Numbered from the stretch's first letter, positions 37,129 to 47,307 are shown. The stretch: 64,000 nucleotides of DNA from an uncultured bacterium (GCA_963923035.1 CAWUKT010000002.1:38574-102573), one strand, 5' to 3'. Numbers and translations: made by a program. Notes: a model not told the origin generated them from the letters alone.

Positions 37129-38400
37129 TCAATCCCTTATTTTTTGCCCTGCATCCACCTTTTCCAAGGCCTGCCCCAAGTCCCACAACAAATCCTGGAC
37201 ATGCTCGACGCCCACGGAAAGCCGCACCATTTTCCCCGTGATGCCCATCCTTTCCCGCAGCGCCGGCTCGACGCCGGCATGGGTCATCGTGGCTGGATGC
37301 TGGGCCAGGCTTTCTGTCCCCCCCAGGCTCACTGCCAATTTGACCAGCGCCAACCCATTCAAAAACGCAAAGGCTTCCCGTTCACCGCCCCGCACATCAA
37401 AGGCCACCATAGCCCCGCCCGCTTTCAATTGGCGCTGGAAAATGTCGTAGCCCGGGTCTCCGGGCTGGAGATGTCCCAGGTAGTGGACCTTTTCGACAAC
37501 GGGATGGTCCCGTAGGAAATCGGCAACAGCCCGGGCATTTTCAGCCTGCCGGTTCATCCGCAAATGAAGCGTCTCCAAACTCCGCATCAACAGCCAGCCG
37601 GTATGCGGAGAGGCCATGTTCCCCAGAAAGGTCCGCAACGCCTTGATCCGCTGCATCCGGTCCTTTTTTCCCAGCACCGCCCCCGCAATCACATCGCTGT
37701 GCCCCCCAATGTACTTCGTCGCCGAATACACGACCAGATCGGCCCCGTGGGCCAGGGGATGCTGCCACAAGGGCCCCATATAGGTATTGTCCACGGCCAC
37801 GGTTACCGGCTCCTCGGCACTGGAAAAGTGGTCCGCAACGCGGCGGCACAACTCCAAATCGAACAGCGCATTCGTAGGATTGGCCGGGGTCTCGACGTAG
37901 ATCAATTTGAGGCGCGCGGACTTTCCCGTCGCTTCGACCATTTGGATCAGCTCTTCCTCGGTGGTATCCGGGAAAAAGCCGAGGACCTCCACGCCCATCC
38001 GCGGCAGGAATTGGGTGATGAAGTGATCGGTGCCGCCGTAAACGGGATTGCTGTACAGGAGCAGGTCGCCCTGGGAGAGGAATTCGAGCAATACGGTGGC
38101 GATGGCTGCCATGCCACTTTCAAATACGGCCGCCTGATCGGCCTGGTCCCAGAGGCAAAGGCGGTCTTCCAGGACTTCGAGGTCGGGATTGTTGAGACGG
38201 GAATAAATGAGGCCGGGCACCTCCTGGGGCCCTTGCTCGCGGAGGCCGTAGGCCACCTCAAAAAAGGCCTTGCCTTGTTCGGCGCTGTTGAAGACGAAGG
38301 TGGAGGTCTGGAAAATCGGGCACTTGAGGGCGCCTTCCGACCATTCGGGATGGTAGCCGTAGCCCATCATCAGGCTTTCCGGCCGAAATGAATGTTGCAT
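37129..38400 (-). CDS. Cys/Met-metabolism PLP-dependent enzyme, methionine gamma-lyase-like
   Basis: 423 aa with the PLP-lysine motif YSATKYIGGHSDVIAG. A divergent Lrp/AsnC regulator sits next to it, as in mdeA/mdeR-type loci. Confidence 0.85.
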   Translation of the reverse strand: MQHSFRPESLMMGYGYHPEWSEGALKCPIFQTSTFVFNSAEQGKAFFEVAYGLREQGPQEVPGLIYSRLNNPDLEVLEDRLCLWDQADQAAVFESGMAAIATVLLEFLSQGDLLLYSNPVYGGTDHFITQFLPRMGVEVLGFFPDTTEEELIQMVEATGKSARLKLIYVETPANPTNALFDLELCRRVADHFSSAEEPVTVAVDNTYMGPLWQHPLAHGADLVVYSATKYIGGHSDVIAGAVLGKKDRMQRIKALRTFLGNMASPHTGWLLMRSLETLHLRMNRQAENARAVADFLRDHPVVEKVHYLGHLQPGDPGYDIFQRQLKAGGAMVAFDVRGGEREAFAFLNGLALVKLAVSLGGTESLAQHPATMTHAGVEPALRERMGITGKMVRLSVGVEHVQDLLWDLGQALEKVDAGQKIRD

Positions 38401-38541
38401 ACAAATCGAAATTAGAAAGTGATATTCTCTTACAATTGTACGCAGTGCAGGTTATTTTTCTTCACTTTACGCCCATTTCAATAATTTTTCCTTTCAAGTC
38501 CAACAAATCCTTATCTTTTCCTGAATCTCTGACATTTTCAA

Positions 38542-39051
38542 ATGGATACAGGAAAAATTACGCCGGAAAACCTGGACGCGGTCGATCTTCAGATTCTGGA
38601 GTGGCTCCAGGAAGATGCCAAGCTCAATGTGAAGGAAATTGCCGATCGGCTTCACATGACCAAGACTCCGATCTACGATCGGATCAAGCGCATGGAACGC
38701 AGTGGCGTCATTGGCAAATACGTGGCCCTGCTAGAGACCCGGCGCATTTTGCCGTCAATCACCGTCTTTTGCTCCGTGACCCTCGATGTCCAGAAGGCCG
38801 AGCAGCTGGACCAGTTTTCCGAAGCAGTTAAGCAAATTCCGGAGGTCGTCGAATGCTATCTGATGGGCGGTTTGTTCGATTTCCTGCTCAAGGTGGTGGT
38901 GCGGGACCTGGATGCCTACCACCGATTTTCTTCCTACCAATTGGCCGTTTTGCCCCACGTCTCCACCATCAAATCGGCCTTTGTGCTGAAAGAGAAGAAG
39001 TATGAGACGGGATTTCCTTTGTTGGCGGGGATGCGGGAAACAAAAAAATAG
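38542..39051 (+). CDS. Lrp/AsnC family transcriptional regulator
   Basis: 169 aa with an HTH (LDAVDLQILEWLQEDAKLNVKEIADRLHMTKTPIYDRIKRME) and an AsnC-type ligand-binding (RAM) domain. Confidence 0.9.
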   Translation: MDTGKITPENLDAVDLQILEWLQEDAKLNVKEIADRLHMTKTPIYDRIKRMERSGVIGKYVALLETRRILPSITVFCSVTLDVQKAEQLDQFSEAVKQIPEVVECYLMGGLFDFLLKVVVRDLDAYHRFSSYQLAVLPHVSTIKSAFVLKEKKYETGFPLLAGMRETKK

Positions 39052-39072
39052 GCCGCCCCAATCGGAGCGGCC
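39041..39072 (-). terminator. Rho-independent terminator for the phasin-like gene (possibly bidirectional)
   Basis: Stem GGCCGC (39051-39056) / GCGGCC (39067-39072). On the minus strand a U7 run follows it (complement of A-run 39042-39048). Confidence 0.55.
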
Positions 39073-39102
39073 CCATAAATTTAGCCTGTAAGATGCGAGG
39101 TT

Positions 39103-39510
39103 TTACGCCTCGGCTTTGGTGGTTGCCTTCTTGGCGGGTGCTTTCTTCTTGGAAGCCGGCTTGGCTTCAGCAGCCGGAGCTTCTTCTTTCTTTTCTTCAG
39201 CAGCTTCTTCACCGACAATGCCGAGTTTCTCTTCGATGGCAGCCAGACGGTCCTGGATGTCTTTGACCTGGCCTTGGGTACCAACGTTCAGCTTGGCCAT
39301 GACCTCTTCGATCAGGTGACGGAGTTTGCCTTCAAACTCTTCACGCTTGGCTTCGGTGTTGCTGACGAAGTCATCAACGATTTTCTTGCCTTCATCCTGG
39401 GAGAGTTTGTCCTCGTCAACCAGTTTGTCGACAGCTTGTTGGAATTTTTCTACGGAGCTGGCCACCAGACCGACACCCGTGTAAAGGAATTTTTTAAACA
39501 GATCCTGCAT
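39103..39510 (-). CDS. Phasin-like coiled-coil protein with Lys/Ala/Pro-rich histone H1-like tail
   Basis: 135 aa with a helical N-terminal part (MQDLFKKFLYTGVGLVASSVEKFQQAVDKLV) and a C-terminal tail AAEEKKEEAPAAEAKPASKKKAPAKKATTKAEA. Confidence 0.6.
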   Translation of the reverse strand: MQDLFKKFLYTGVGLVASSVEKFQQAVDKLVDEDKLSQDEGKKIVDDFVSNTEAKREEFEGKLRHLIEEVMAKLNVGTQGQVKDIQDRLAAIEEKLGIVGEEAAEEKKEEAPAAEAKPASKKKAPAKKATTKAEA

Positions 39511-39809
39511 GATTTATTGTGCTTTTAGTGTGTGCAAAAATTTAACGGAAGACCGTCATGGCCATCCGATCAAACGTTATGCAAATCCCGTGCAAAAATG
39601 TATGCATGCATACTATTTTCCACCGATCACACCGTGCCACAATCCAGCAAGCCGAAGCCAAACGCCCACACACGACTGATTATCAGCGCCCTAAATAAAT
39701 TCGTAAATTTTTATTGAGAAAAATCATCAATCTGCCACTTTGGCAAGTGACCTGACAAAACTACTGCCAGCCGGACGGCTGGCATGACAAAAGAGGTGAA
39801 ATGGGCGGC

Positions 39810-40760
39810 TCAGGAGCTTGAGACCGCCACCAATTTTTCGCTGTCCGTTTCCCGAATGGCACTCGGGCTGTAATCGTCGATGAACGCCACGATCTTATTG
39901 ATCGCATCCCGCGCCTGCGGAAGGTAGCGCCAGTAAATCTGCCAAACGTGGATCAGTCCCTGGTACTTCTGGAAGGTCACTTCGACCCCGGCCTTCCGGG
40001 CTTTTTCCGCGAGCTCGGTGCCTTCGTCCACCAGGACTTCCGTATCGCTCACCTGGATCAGAAGCGGCGGCAGGTCATGGAGTTCGGCAAACAGAGGGGA
40101 AACGTAGGGATGGTCTTCGGGATAAATCCCGGCGTAGTTCCGTGCCCAGGCCTTCATCTCTTTCAGGAAGATCATCGGGCTGCGGTCCACGTATTTGTAA
40201 ACGGACTCCCGGGAAATGGTCAGGTCCACCCAAGGGGAGATCAGCACCGAACAAGCGGGCTGGGGAATGCCTTTGTCCCGCAGGGATAACATGGTAGCCA
40301 TGGCGAGACCGCCACCAGCTGAGTCACCGACAATGACGATGTCCTCGGGCGCGTGACCAGTTTCCAGCAGCCATTCGTAGGCGGCCAGGGCATCTTCCAG
40401 GGCCGCCGGGTGCGGGTCCTCAGGAGCCAACCGGTATTCGACCAGCAAACCACAGTAGCCGGCCTGCTTGGAAATTTGAGATGCCAGTGACCGGTGGGTC
40501 TGCTTGGAACCCACGGCATATCCTCCACCGTGCAGGTAGAGCATCACTTTGTTGTGATCTGCTTTCTTAGGAATCAACCACTCGGCTGAAATATGCCCAA
40601 TCTTTACTTCTTCTCGCTCCACTCCCCACGGCATAAAAAACATGAGAGCGCCCAGGTCGGTCATTCGACGCAGTGTTCGAATATTGATTTCACCCGTTCT
40701 AAAAGCTGAAACTACCGTACCCAAGGCGGTGCGAATTAAACGATGTTGTAATCCCGCCAT
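39810..40760 (-). CDS. Alpha/beta hydrolase, hormone-sensitive-lipase-like esterase
   Basis: 316 aa with the oxyanion motif HGGGY and the nucleophile elbow GDSAGG. Confidence 0.85.
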   Translation of the reverse strand: MAGLQHRLIRTALGTVVSAFRTGEINIRTLRRMTDLGALMFFMPWGVEREEVKIGHISAEWLIPKKADHNKVMLYLHGGGYAVGSKQTHRSLASQISKQAGYCGLLVEYRLAPEDPHPAALEDALAAYEWLLETGHAPEDIVIVGDSAGGGLAMATMLSLRDKGIPQPACSVLISPWVDLTISRESVYKYVDRSPMIFLKEMKAWARNYAGIYPEDHPYVSPLFAELHDLPPLLIQVSDTEVLVDEGTELAEKARKAGVEVTFQKYQGLIHVWQIYWRYLPQARDAINKIVAFIDDYSPSAIRETDSEKLVAVSSS

Positions 40761-40929
40761 GTATTTAACGATTTAGTAACCTAAGATAATAAATAAATTC
40801 GTAGAAAAGAATCTTTGTCCTTTCGCAGAACCGTCCATTCACCAATGAAAATTTTTCAGAATGGACCCAAATCAGTACAAGATATTAGAGCAACTTTTTT
40901 CCGTAACCTTTGCCGGTTATACGACCAAA

Positions 40930-42030
40930 TCACAACAAATGTTGGCCACCGGTTGGAGGCAGATGAATGCTCCCTCCAAGATTGTTGAGCGCGGCTCCCG
41001 TCACTGAGCCAAGTACATTGGGACGCCCCAACAAGGTCATCAGTCCTAAAAATGCAAAAATTAATGCTTCTTTGAAATCAATCAGCGTATTATTCGCCGG
41101 GACAATCTGTATCCCCTTGGTTGCCAGATGGATTTGCAGGCGATTCATGAGTAATTTATTTCTTGCCCCTCCTCCGGTCACCAGCATGGATCCATTTCCC
41201 TCCACACCTACCGATGCCGCCACCTGAATCGCCAGGTGCTCCACGTAAGTCCTCAGTTTGTCCTCCGTCGAAATGCCTTCTTCCACCAACAATGGCAGCA
41301 CTTCTTTTTCAAACCACTCCGTTCCGAGGCTTTTTGGGGGGGATTGGATATAAAAAGGCAATTGGTTCAAACGCTCCAACAGTCCTGTGTGGACCTCGCC
41401 GCGAGCGGCGATCTGGCCGTCGGGATCGTAGGGCAAAGGCGGATCCAGATTCCGGGCCAACCAATTCAGGGCCATGTTCGCAGCGGCAATATCAAAGGCG
41501 ACGACCTCTCCCCCACTTTGGTGAATGCTCAGATTGGCGAAGCCTCCGAGGTTGAGGAAATAGGGGGTGCCAGAAAACAGCTGCTGCTCGCCAAAGGGAA
41601 CCAACGGGGCGCCCTGACCGCCCAAAGCCACGTCCTTGTTCCGGAAATTGGTGACGAGCGGAACCTTTAAATAGGTGACCATGCTTTCGCCGTCCCCGAT
41701 TTGGGCAGTATAGTTCCGGTGGGGTTCGTGGAAAATGGTCTGGCCGTGGGAGGCGACGAATTGGGGAGCGAATTGGTTTCGGGAAATGAAGTCCGCGACC
41801 AATTTTCCCAGGTAATGCCCGAAATACACGTTTGTCCGGGCATAGGTGCGCGCATCGGCCGTGTCCAGACAGCGCAGGCGCGCATACCATTTTTCATCCA
41901 ACGGAATTTCCTCCCCCACCAACAGCTCATAATTCCACCCCGTTTCCGCTTCTTCAAACTCCACCATGACCAGATCCACCCCGTCCAGCGAGGTCCCGGT
42001 CATCACCCCAATACCTTTGTATTTCACCAT
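40930..42030 (-). CDS. anmK: Anhydro-N-acetylmuramic acid kinase
   Basis: 366 aa from the ATG at 42030: GVMTGTSLDGVDLV, SHGQTIFH, NLGGFANL, VTGGGARN. The upstream extension in the track is rejected. Confidence 0.9.
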   Translation of the reverse strand: MVKYKGIGVMTGTSLDGVDLVMVEFEEAETGWNYELLVGEEIPLDEKWYARLRCLDTADARTYARTNVYFGHYLGKLVADFISRNQFAPQFVASHGQTIFHEPHRNYTAQIGDGESMVTYLKVPLVTNFRNKDVALGGQGAPLVPFGEQQLFSGTPYFLNLGGFANLSIHQSGGEVVAFDIAAANMALNWLARNLDPPLPYDPDGQIAARGEVHTGLLERLNQLPFYIQSPPKSLGTEWFEKEVLPLLVEEGISTEDKLRTYVEHLAIQVAASVGVEGNGSMLVTGGGARNKLLMNRLQIHLATKGIQIVPANNTLIDFKEALIFAFLGLMTLLGRPNVLGSVTGAALNNLGGSIHLPPTGGQHLL

Positions 42031-42174
42031 GTTTGAAAATAGGAGGTAATTGGAAAAAGGAAAAATGACGTCTGGAAGGCCCCCTAACACCAACCCAGAG
42101 GGGTCATTTTCCCGGATTCGGCCCCGGTGTGTTCTCCAAAAAGCGTATATTGAATCATTACAGGACCAAAAAGT

Positions 42175-42570
42175 ATGTTCTCCGAGCCTCAATCAACTAC
42201 CACGCAAGGCGTTCGCGTCGAAGTCGGAACGGCCTGGTTACAAGACCAAAGCGAGCCGCAGGCAAGTCATTATGTCTTCGCCTACCAGGTCCGCATCATC
42301 AATAATAGCCGGGACCGGGTTCAATTGCTGCGGCGAAAATGGATCATCACCGATGCCCTCGGACGGGTACGGGTGGTGTCCGGGGATGGCGTGATCGGAG
42401 AACAACCCATTTTGGAAGCGGGCGAATCACACGAGTACATCAGTGGTTGTGATTTTGATACGCCCATCGGCCACATGACTGGCTGGTACTATATGGTTCG
42501 GGCAGATGGGACGGAATTCAAAGTGCGGATTCCGGAATTTGTCATGAGCCTTCCTCACCTCCTCAACTAA
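42175..42570 (+). CDS. apaG: ApaG protein
   Basis: 131 aa: YVFAYQVRIINNSRDRVQLLRRKWIITDALGRV..VSGDGVIGEQPIL..G..YISGC. Confidence 0.85.
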   Translation: MFSEPQSTTTQGVRVEVGTAWLQDQSEPQASHYVFAYQVRIINNSRDRVQLLRRKWIITDALGRVRVVSGDGVIGEQPILEAGESHEYISGCDFDTPIGHMTGWYYMVRADGTEFKVRIPEFVMSLPHLLN

Positions 42571-42578
42571 CGAAAGTT

Positions 42579-42986
42579 TTGAACACCGCATCCTTTAAGT
42601 ATCTCGGTGGGCTTCGGACCGAAGCGACCCACCTCAAATCTGGTTCTAATCTGGTGACCGACGCCCCCACCGACAACCACGGCAAGGGCGAAACCTTTTC
42701 TCCGACGGATTTGGTGGCCACGGCGCTCGTCACGTGCATGATCACGGTGGTCGGCATCCAGGCGGAAAAACACGGCTGGGACCTTGGCGAAATCACTAGT
42801 TCGGTGAAAAAGGTCATGGTCAGCGCGCCCCGACGAATCGGCCAGCTGAATGTCTCCATCGAATTCAGGGGCCACCGACTCAATGACCTGGAGCGCAATC
42901 TGGTGCAGCAAACGGCCCTCAATTGCCCTGTGGCGCTCAGTTTGCACCCCGACATCAGCCAGCAAGTCAAGTTCGTCTTCGACTGA
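42579..42986 (+). CDS. OsmC family peroxiredoxin-like protein
   Basis: 135 aa from an apparent TTG start: SPTDLVATALVTCMITV...TALNCPVALSL, the two conserved Cys contexts of OsmC/Ohr. Confidence 0.75.
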   Translation: MNTASFKYLGGLRTEATHLKSGSNLVTDAPTDNHGKGETFSPTDLVATALVTCMITVVGIQAEKHGWDLGEITSSVKKVMVSAPRRIGQLNVSIEFRGHRLNDLERNLVQQTALNCPVALSLHPDISQQVKFVFD

Positions 42987-43072
42987 TTGGAACCTGAAAA
43001 TTGACCGAATCCATTTCTGAATTTCACGTTTGTCATTAAATTGTTGACACACATCAATAATTTGGTGACACA

Positions 43073-44539
43073 ATGGATCGAATAAAATCGTTGTACGGAC
43101 GCCTCGGGCGGGCCGAGAAGAAGGCTTTGCGCAATTACCTGGGTCTGTTTGGGAACAAAAAAGGGGAGGACAAGCCACTGGCACTCCTCAAAATGCTGGA
43201 CAAAAACCCAAACTTGGACCAGGAGGAGGCGGCGGAAAAGCTGTACGGAAATGTTCGGTCCAAGGCCTTTGGCATGATGAAAAAGCGCTTGTATGAGCGC
43301 ATGGTCGAATTCTTGCCACTCAGTCTCAACCCCGCCCACGACCGCTACGACAAATCCATGCCTTATTTCCACGATCTGATCGCCTTCCGCAAGAACATGC
43401 TGATCGCGACGACGCTCCAGGAAATGCGGCTCGGCCCCCTCGCCACCGAGCATTTTGAAAAGGCCCTGCAACTGGCCCGCAGTTGCCACAACGCCGAGCT
43501 GGAAGCCGATGTGCTCGTCCGCTTGCGTGGCACCCTCCAGTTGCACCAACTCCCGGTCGACGACATCTCCGAGCAGCTCCACCATGCGCTGGAAGCCACC
43601 GAGCGCGACGCCCATGTCCTCGGGGTCCACCACGAATTCCTCCAGCTCAACAACCTGAAGACCAGTGGGACCCTGGAAATGATCGAATTTCTCGACCGCC
43701 ACGTGCCGGAGTTGGACCTGCGCTTGCAACAGTTCTATTCCGCGCGTGCGGACTACTACCTTCAGATTCTGAACATCCACTATGCCCGCCTCCGGTGGCG
43801 CTACGAGGAGGGCAAGGCCGCCGCTTTGAAGGCCCGTCAGCTCATTGCGGACCACCAGGGCCTGCGCAGCCGCCAGCGATTGGCCGAGCCCCCCTACCAA
43901 TTGGCCATCCACGAACTCAAATTCCAGCATTTCGACGCGGCGTACCAGGCATTTTCCGAGGCCCGCCCCTTTCTCAAGCCCCATTCCCAGAGCTTTTTCC
44001 TCCTCTCCACGATGATGCTTTACCCACTGGTCTACCAGAGACGCTACGAGGAGGCCCGGCAGGAAGGCAACCGGATAGCCGACATGGTCCGCGAAGGGAA
44101 TTTTGCGGGGCACGAACGCGTGCTGGAGCTGGCGGATTACCTGCTGGCTTGCGTGGCGTATTTCCAGGGCAACTTAAAGGCAGCGCGCCGACGTCTGTCG
44201 GTCCTCGATGAATTGCACCAGGACAAATCGGGCTGGGCGACGGGGATTCGGATATTTGAGGTGGTCTTGCTGGTGGAGTTGGGGGAAATGGAAATGGCGG
44301 AGCAACGGGTGGAATCGCTCCGGAAGCACATGAAGCGGCATCCCGGCAACGAACGGGAAGAATTGTTGGTGAAATTGCTCCGCGGGCAGGCCCGGATATT
44401 TTTCAGCTTTGAGGGTGCGGCCGGGGAAAATGAAATTCTGGAACAATTGGAATCCACGGTTCCCTGGGATCCGGTGGGGCATGAAGTCGTACGGGTAGAT
44501 GAATGGTTTCGGAAAAAGAGGGCCGTGGCAACGCCTTAA
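43073..44539 (+). CDS. Hypothetical helical-repeat (TPR-like) protein
   Basis: 488 aa, all-helical composition with repeated A/L/E/R-rich pairs. The 516-aa ORF on the opposite strand is an antisense shadow. Confidence 0.6.
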   Translation: MDRIKSLYGRLGRAEKKALRNYLGLFGNKKGEDKPLALLKMLDKNPNLDQEEAAEKLYGNVRSKAFGMMKKRLYERMVEFLPLSLNPAHDRYDKSMPYFHDLIAFRKNMLIATTLQEMRLGPLATEHFEKALQLARSCHNAELEADVLVRLRGTLQLHQLPVDDISEQLHHALEATERDAHVLGVHHEFLQLNNLKTSGTLEMIEFLDRHVPELDLRLQQFYSARADYYLQILNIHYARLRWRYEEGKAAALKARQLIADHQGLRSRQRLAEPPYQLAIHELKFQHFDAAYQAFSEARPFLKPHSQSFFLLSTMMLYPLVYQRRYEEARQEGNRIADMVREGNFAGHERVLELADYLLACVAYFQGNLKAARRRLSVLDELHQDKSGWATGIRIFEVVLLVELGEMEMAEQRVESLRKHMKRHPGNEREELLVKLLRGQARIFFSFEGAAGENEILEQLESTVPWDPVGHEVVRVDEWFRKKRAVATP

Positions 44540-45336
44540 AGCGCCTCAAAATCCACCCAATAGCCACTGAATTTCCGCAGGTTGATCACATTTCCGCCTT
44601 CAAACATAAGGTATTGGCCGCGGATTCCGGTCAGGCGACCTCCCACATCAGGCATTTTGTCGAAATTCATGCTCTTCACCTTCGTCGGATATTCCAGTAC
44701 CGGATAGATGATCTCCGTGACCGTGTCATTTTCCGAATAGTATTGCCCCAATTCCTCGTCCATTTCATCCAACAACGCATCCTTTTCCTCCAACAAATCG
44801 ATTCCTTCTCCGCGCACATCCTTCAACATCTTCTGCCAATGGGTCCGGTCGGTGATGAAATCCTTGAGGAACACTTCGATCTCTCCGGCCAGGCGACGAT
44901 AAGGTGTCTCTGCGAGAATCACCGTTTTCCAGGCTCCCTGGTCAATCCACCGGGTCGGCAAATTCGCATCCCGCGTCACGCCCACCTTGACCTTGTCCAC
45001 CAAGGCCAGGTACACGATATGGGGCTTGTTGTGGTATTTTTCCTCCCATTCCGCATCCCTTCCTTTTCCCAAATGCCCTTCACACAACTCCGGTCGGACA
45101 ATACACTCCGAATTCTGAGGCGAATTCATGAAGCAGGGATAACACATGCCCTGGCCGAACGACTTCTTCGTCAACCGCCCGCATACCACACAATTGATGC
45201 GGCCCTCGTAGTGGAAATGGATGTCCTTCCCAACAAATTCGTTCATGGGAACCGCATCTTCGCCCAGCATCAGGGTATACTGAACAGGATTGTCCAATTG
45301 GGTCCGCATCTTATTGAGGTTTCCGCTAGCTTTCAT
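44536..45336 (-). CDS. DUF2797-like protein (Cys-rich zinc-ribbon segment)
   Basis: About 266 aa from the ATG at 45336. GRINCVVCGRLTKKSFGQGMCYPCF...CIVRPELC is characteristic of DUF2797. Confidence 0.7.
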   Translation of the reverse strand: MKASGNLNKMRTQLDNPVQYTLMLGEDAVPMNEFVGKDIHFHYEGRINCVVCGRLTKKSFGQGMCYPCFMNSPQNSECIVRPELCEGHLGKGRDAEWEEKYHNKPHIVYLALVDKVKVGVTRDANLPTRWIDQGAWKTVILAETPYRRLAGEIEVFLKDFITDRTHWQKMLKDVRGEGIDLLEEKDALLDEMDEELGQYYSENDTVTEIIYPVLEYPTKVKSMNFDKMPDVGGRLTGIRGQYLMFEGGNVINLRKFSGYWVDFEAL

Positions 45337-45480
45337 AGAGTGGGGTATTGGGAAAAATAACCGTTGAAGTTGGTGAATGTTTGGCGGCGAAAATGGCACC
45401 TCCAATTGGGGAAATCAAGCCTAAAACGTAAATTGTGCGTTCATAAACATACAATAACCTTACACCATTTCTTTCCACTT

Positions 45481-46404
45481 ATGAAAAAGACCTTTTCCCT
45501 GATCCCAGCCCTGTTGCTGTTACTGTTTGTTGCTGCCGGTTGTAGCAAGGACGGTTCCGGCTCGGCCGCTGCGGGATCTTCCGACGATAAAATCAGCCTT
45601 GAAATGAAGTTCAAGGAAGGCGATGTCTTCAAGATCGTCAACCGCGCTGACCAGGAAATTAGCATGAAGATGATGGGCATGTCCAATGATGTCGGGCAGA
45701 AATTCGATTTCTACCTCAAGCAAGAGGTCAAAAGCGTCGCCGAAGATGGCAGCGCTGACATCGAAGTGACCTACGACCGTATTGTCTATGAGATCAACAT
45801 GGCTCTGATGGGCCAGAAAATCACCTATGATTCCGAAATCGACGAACCCGGCGGCGCCAATCCCATGGCCGACGCCATGGACCCTGTCGTAGGGAAATCC
45901 TTCACCATGAAGCTCGACAAGCGGGGCCAGGTCCTCGAGGTCACCGGCCTGGAAGCCATCCTCGACGGCATGGCGGCCAGCGGCGGCGAGGCCAATATGG
46001 AGGCCTTCAAGCCTGAAAACATCAAGAAAACGATGCAGGGCATCCAGGCCATCTATCCCGATGTCCTCGTCGGCGAAGGCGATACCTGGGGCGCGGAAAC
46101 CGATCTTTCCGGCGATTATCCCCTCGACCTCAAGACGACCTACAAGGTGGAAAAAATTGAATCTGACAAGATCATTTTGGGCGTTGACGGCACGGTCTCC
46201 AGCGATGGCAAGGCTGAACTCCCCAACGGAGCCGGCAGCATGTCCATGGACGGCACCCAGAAAGGAACCATGGAAATCGACCGGGCGACCGGCATGATGC
46301 TCAATGGCGACCTCGTTCAGGACATTTCCGGCGAAGTCACGGCCATGGGCCAAAGCTCTCCGATGACCATTTCTTCCAAGATTACTATCGAAACCTACGA
46401 ATAA
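45481..46404 (+). CDS. Lipoprotein, uncharacterized
   Basis: 307 aa from the ATG at 45481, with signal plus lipobox MKKTFSLIPALLLLLFVAAGC. Confidence 0.65.
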   Translation: MKKTFSLIPALLLLLFVAAGCSKDGSGSAAAGSSDDKISLEMKFKEGDVFKIVNRADQEISMKMMGMSNDVGQKFDFYLKQEVKSVAEDGSADIEVTYDRIVYEINMALMGQKITYDSEIDEPGGANPMADAMDPVVGKSFTMKLDKRGQVLEVTGLEAILDGMAASGGEANMEAFKPENIKKTMQGIQAIYPDVLVGEGDTWGAETDLSGDYPLDLKTTYKVEKIESDKIILGVDGTVSSDGKAELPNGAGSMSMDGTQKGTMEIDRATGMMLNGDLVQDISGEVTAMGQSSPMTISSKITIETYE

Positions 46405-46457
46405 GTCGATTCGTACGCATCAAATGGCCCTGCTCCCGCGCGGAGCAGGGCCATTCT

Positions 46458-47126
46458 TTATTTGTGGAGACCGCATTCGGTCTTGAATTTCCCCATCCAA
46501 CGTCCGCTCCGCCCCTTTCCCTTGGCCGAGCACTGGATACAGCCCACCGAGCCATACCCCTTCGTTTCCAACGGATGGCGCGGCAAGTCATGGCGCTCAA
46601 AATAGGTGGCCACTTCTACCTCACTCAGATCGAGAATGGGGTAAAAACGCAATTGGTCGCCCTTTTCCTCGAAGAATCGGAGGCCATTGCGAAACTTGTT
46701 CTGGTAACCCAGCAAACCCGCGACCCAGATGTCGTAGTCTTCGCGGACATCTTCGATGGGAACGGTCTTGTTGATGCCACAACAGACGTCCGGCTCGGTT
46801 TCCCAGAGCCGGTTGTCCAGGGTATAGCGGTGGCCGGCCTCATCGGGGCGGATCGCTTCGGCCCGGATGCCCAACCGCTGGGTAAGTGCCTCCTGGTACG
46901 CGAGGGTCTCGGGAAACAGGTATCCGGTATCAATAAAATGTACCACCTGCCCGGGGATCACCTGCGCCAGGTGGTGCAGCAAAATCGCCGACGTCGTCCC
47001 AAATGACGATGTGACAAAAATTTTGCCGGGCTCAAACTCCCGGAACAAAGTTTCCAGGCGTTGGAGGGGTGACAAAGGTGCATAGCGCTCGTTGAGCGAC
47101 TTTAGGGCATACGCTTCCTGATCCAT
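46458..47126 (-). CDS. cysH: Phosphoadenylyl-sulfate (PAPS/APS) reductase
   Basis: 222 aa with the PAPS_reduct fold (VTSSFGTTSAILLHHL) and the C-terminal catalytic ECGLHK. Confidence 0.9.
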   Translation of the reverse strand: MDQEAYALKSLNERYAPLSPLQRLETLFREFEPGKIFVTSSFGTTSAILLHHLAQVIPGQVVHFIDTGYLFPETLAYQEALTQRLGIRAEAIRPDEAGHRYTLDNRLWETEPDVCCGINKTVPIEDVREDYDIWVAGLLGYQNKFRNGLRFFEEKGDQLRFYPILDLSEVEVATYFERHDLPRHPLETKGYGSVGCIQCSAKGKGRSGRWMGKFKTECGLHK

Positions 47127-47146
47127 AACCTTTCAATGTTTGGACA

Positions 47147-47181
47147 TAAAAAAAGCTCCGGGAATTACCTTCGGAGCTTGC
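47147..47181 (-). terminator. Rho-independent terminator 21 nt upstream of the cysH ATG, with an overlapping anti-terminator arm
   Basis: On the minus strand, AAGCTCCG (47179-47172) pairs with CGGAGCTT (47160-47153) across an 11-nt loop, followed by U7. GCAAGCTC (47181-47174) can instead pair with GAGCTTGC (47219-47212). Confidence 0.7.
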
Positions 47182-47188
47182 TTCAAGA

Positions 47189-47254
47189 TCAAAAAGTTGA
47201 CCTGCTATAACGCAAGCTCAGCAGTAGGGTACTGACAACAACGGCCAGTTCCAT
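47189..47254 (-). CDS. Candidate 21-codon ORF (MELAVVVSTLLLSLRYSRSTF) in the cysH leader region
   Basis: ATG at 47254 lies 45 nt downstream of a TATCTTTG -7-type box (47307-47300). The TGA at 47191-47189 sits just before the terminator. A shifted frame over the same nucleotides encodes tandem Cys codons (see findings). Confidence 0.3.
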   Translation of the reverse strand: MELAVVVSTLLLSLRYSRSTF

Positions 47255-47299
47255 ACTTCCAAACAGTCTTATTTTGCAGATCGCTATTCACAACTTGAC

Positions 47300-47307
47300 C
47301 AAAGATA
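47300..47307 (-). promoter_or_regulatory. Bacteroidota-type -7 promoter box TATCTTTG
   Basis: Exact match to the TAnnTTTG consensus on the minus strand, in an AT-rich gap, upstream of the small ORF, the terminator and cysH. Confidence 0.4.
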
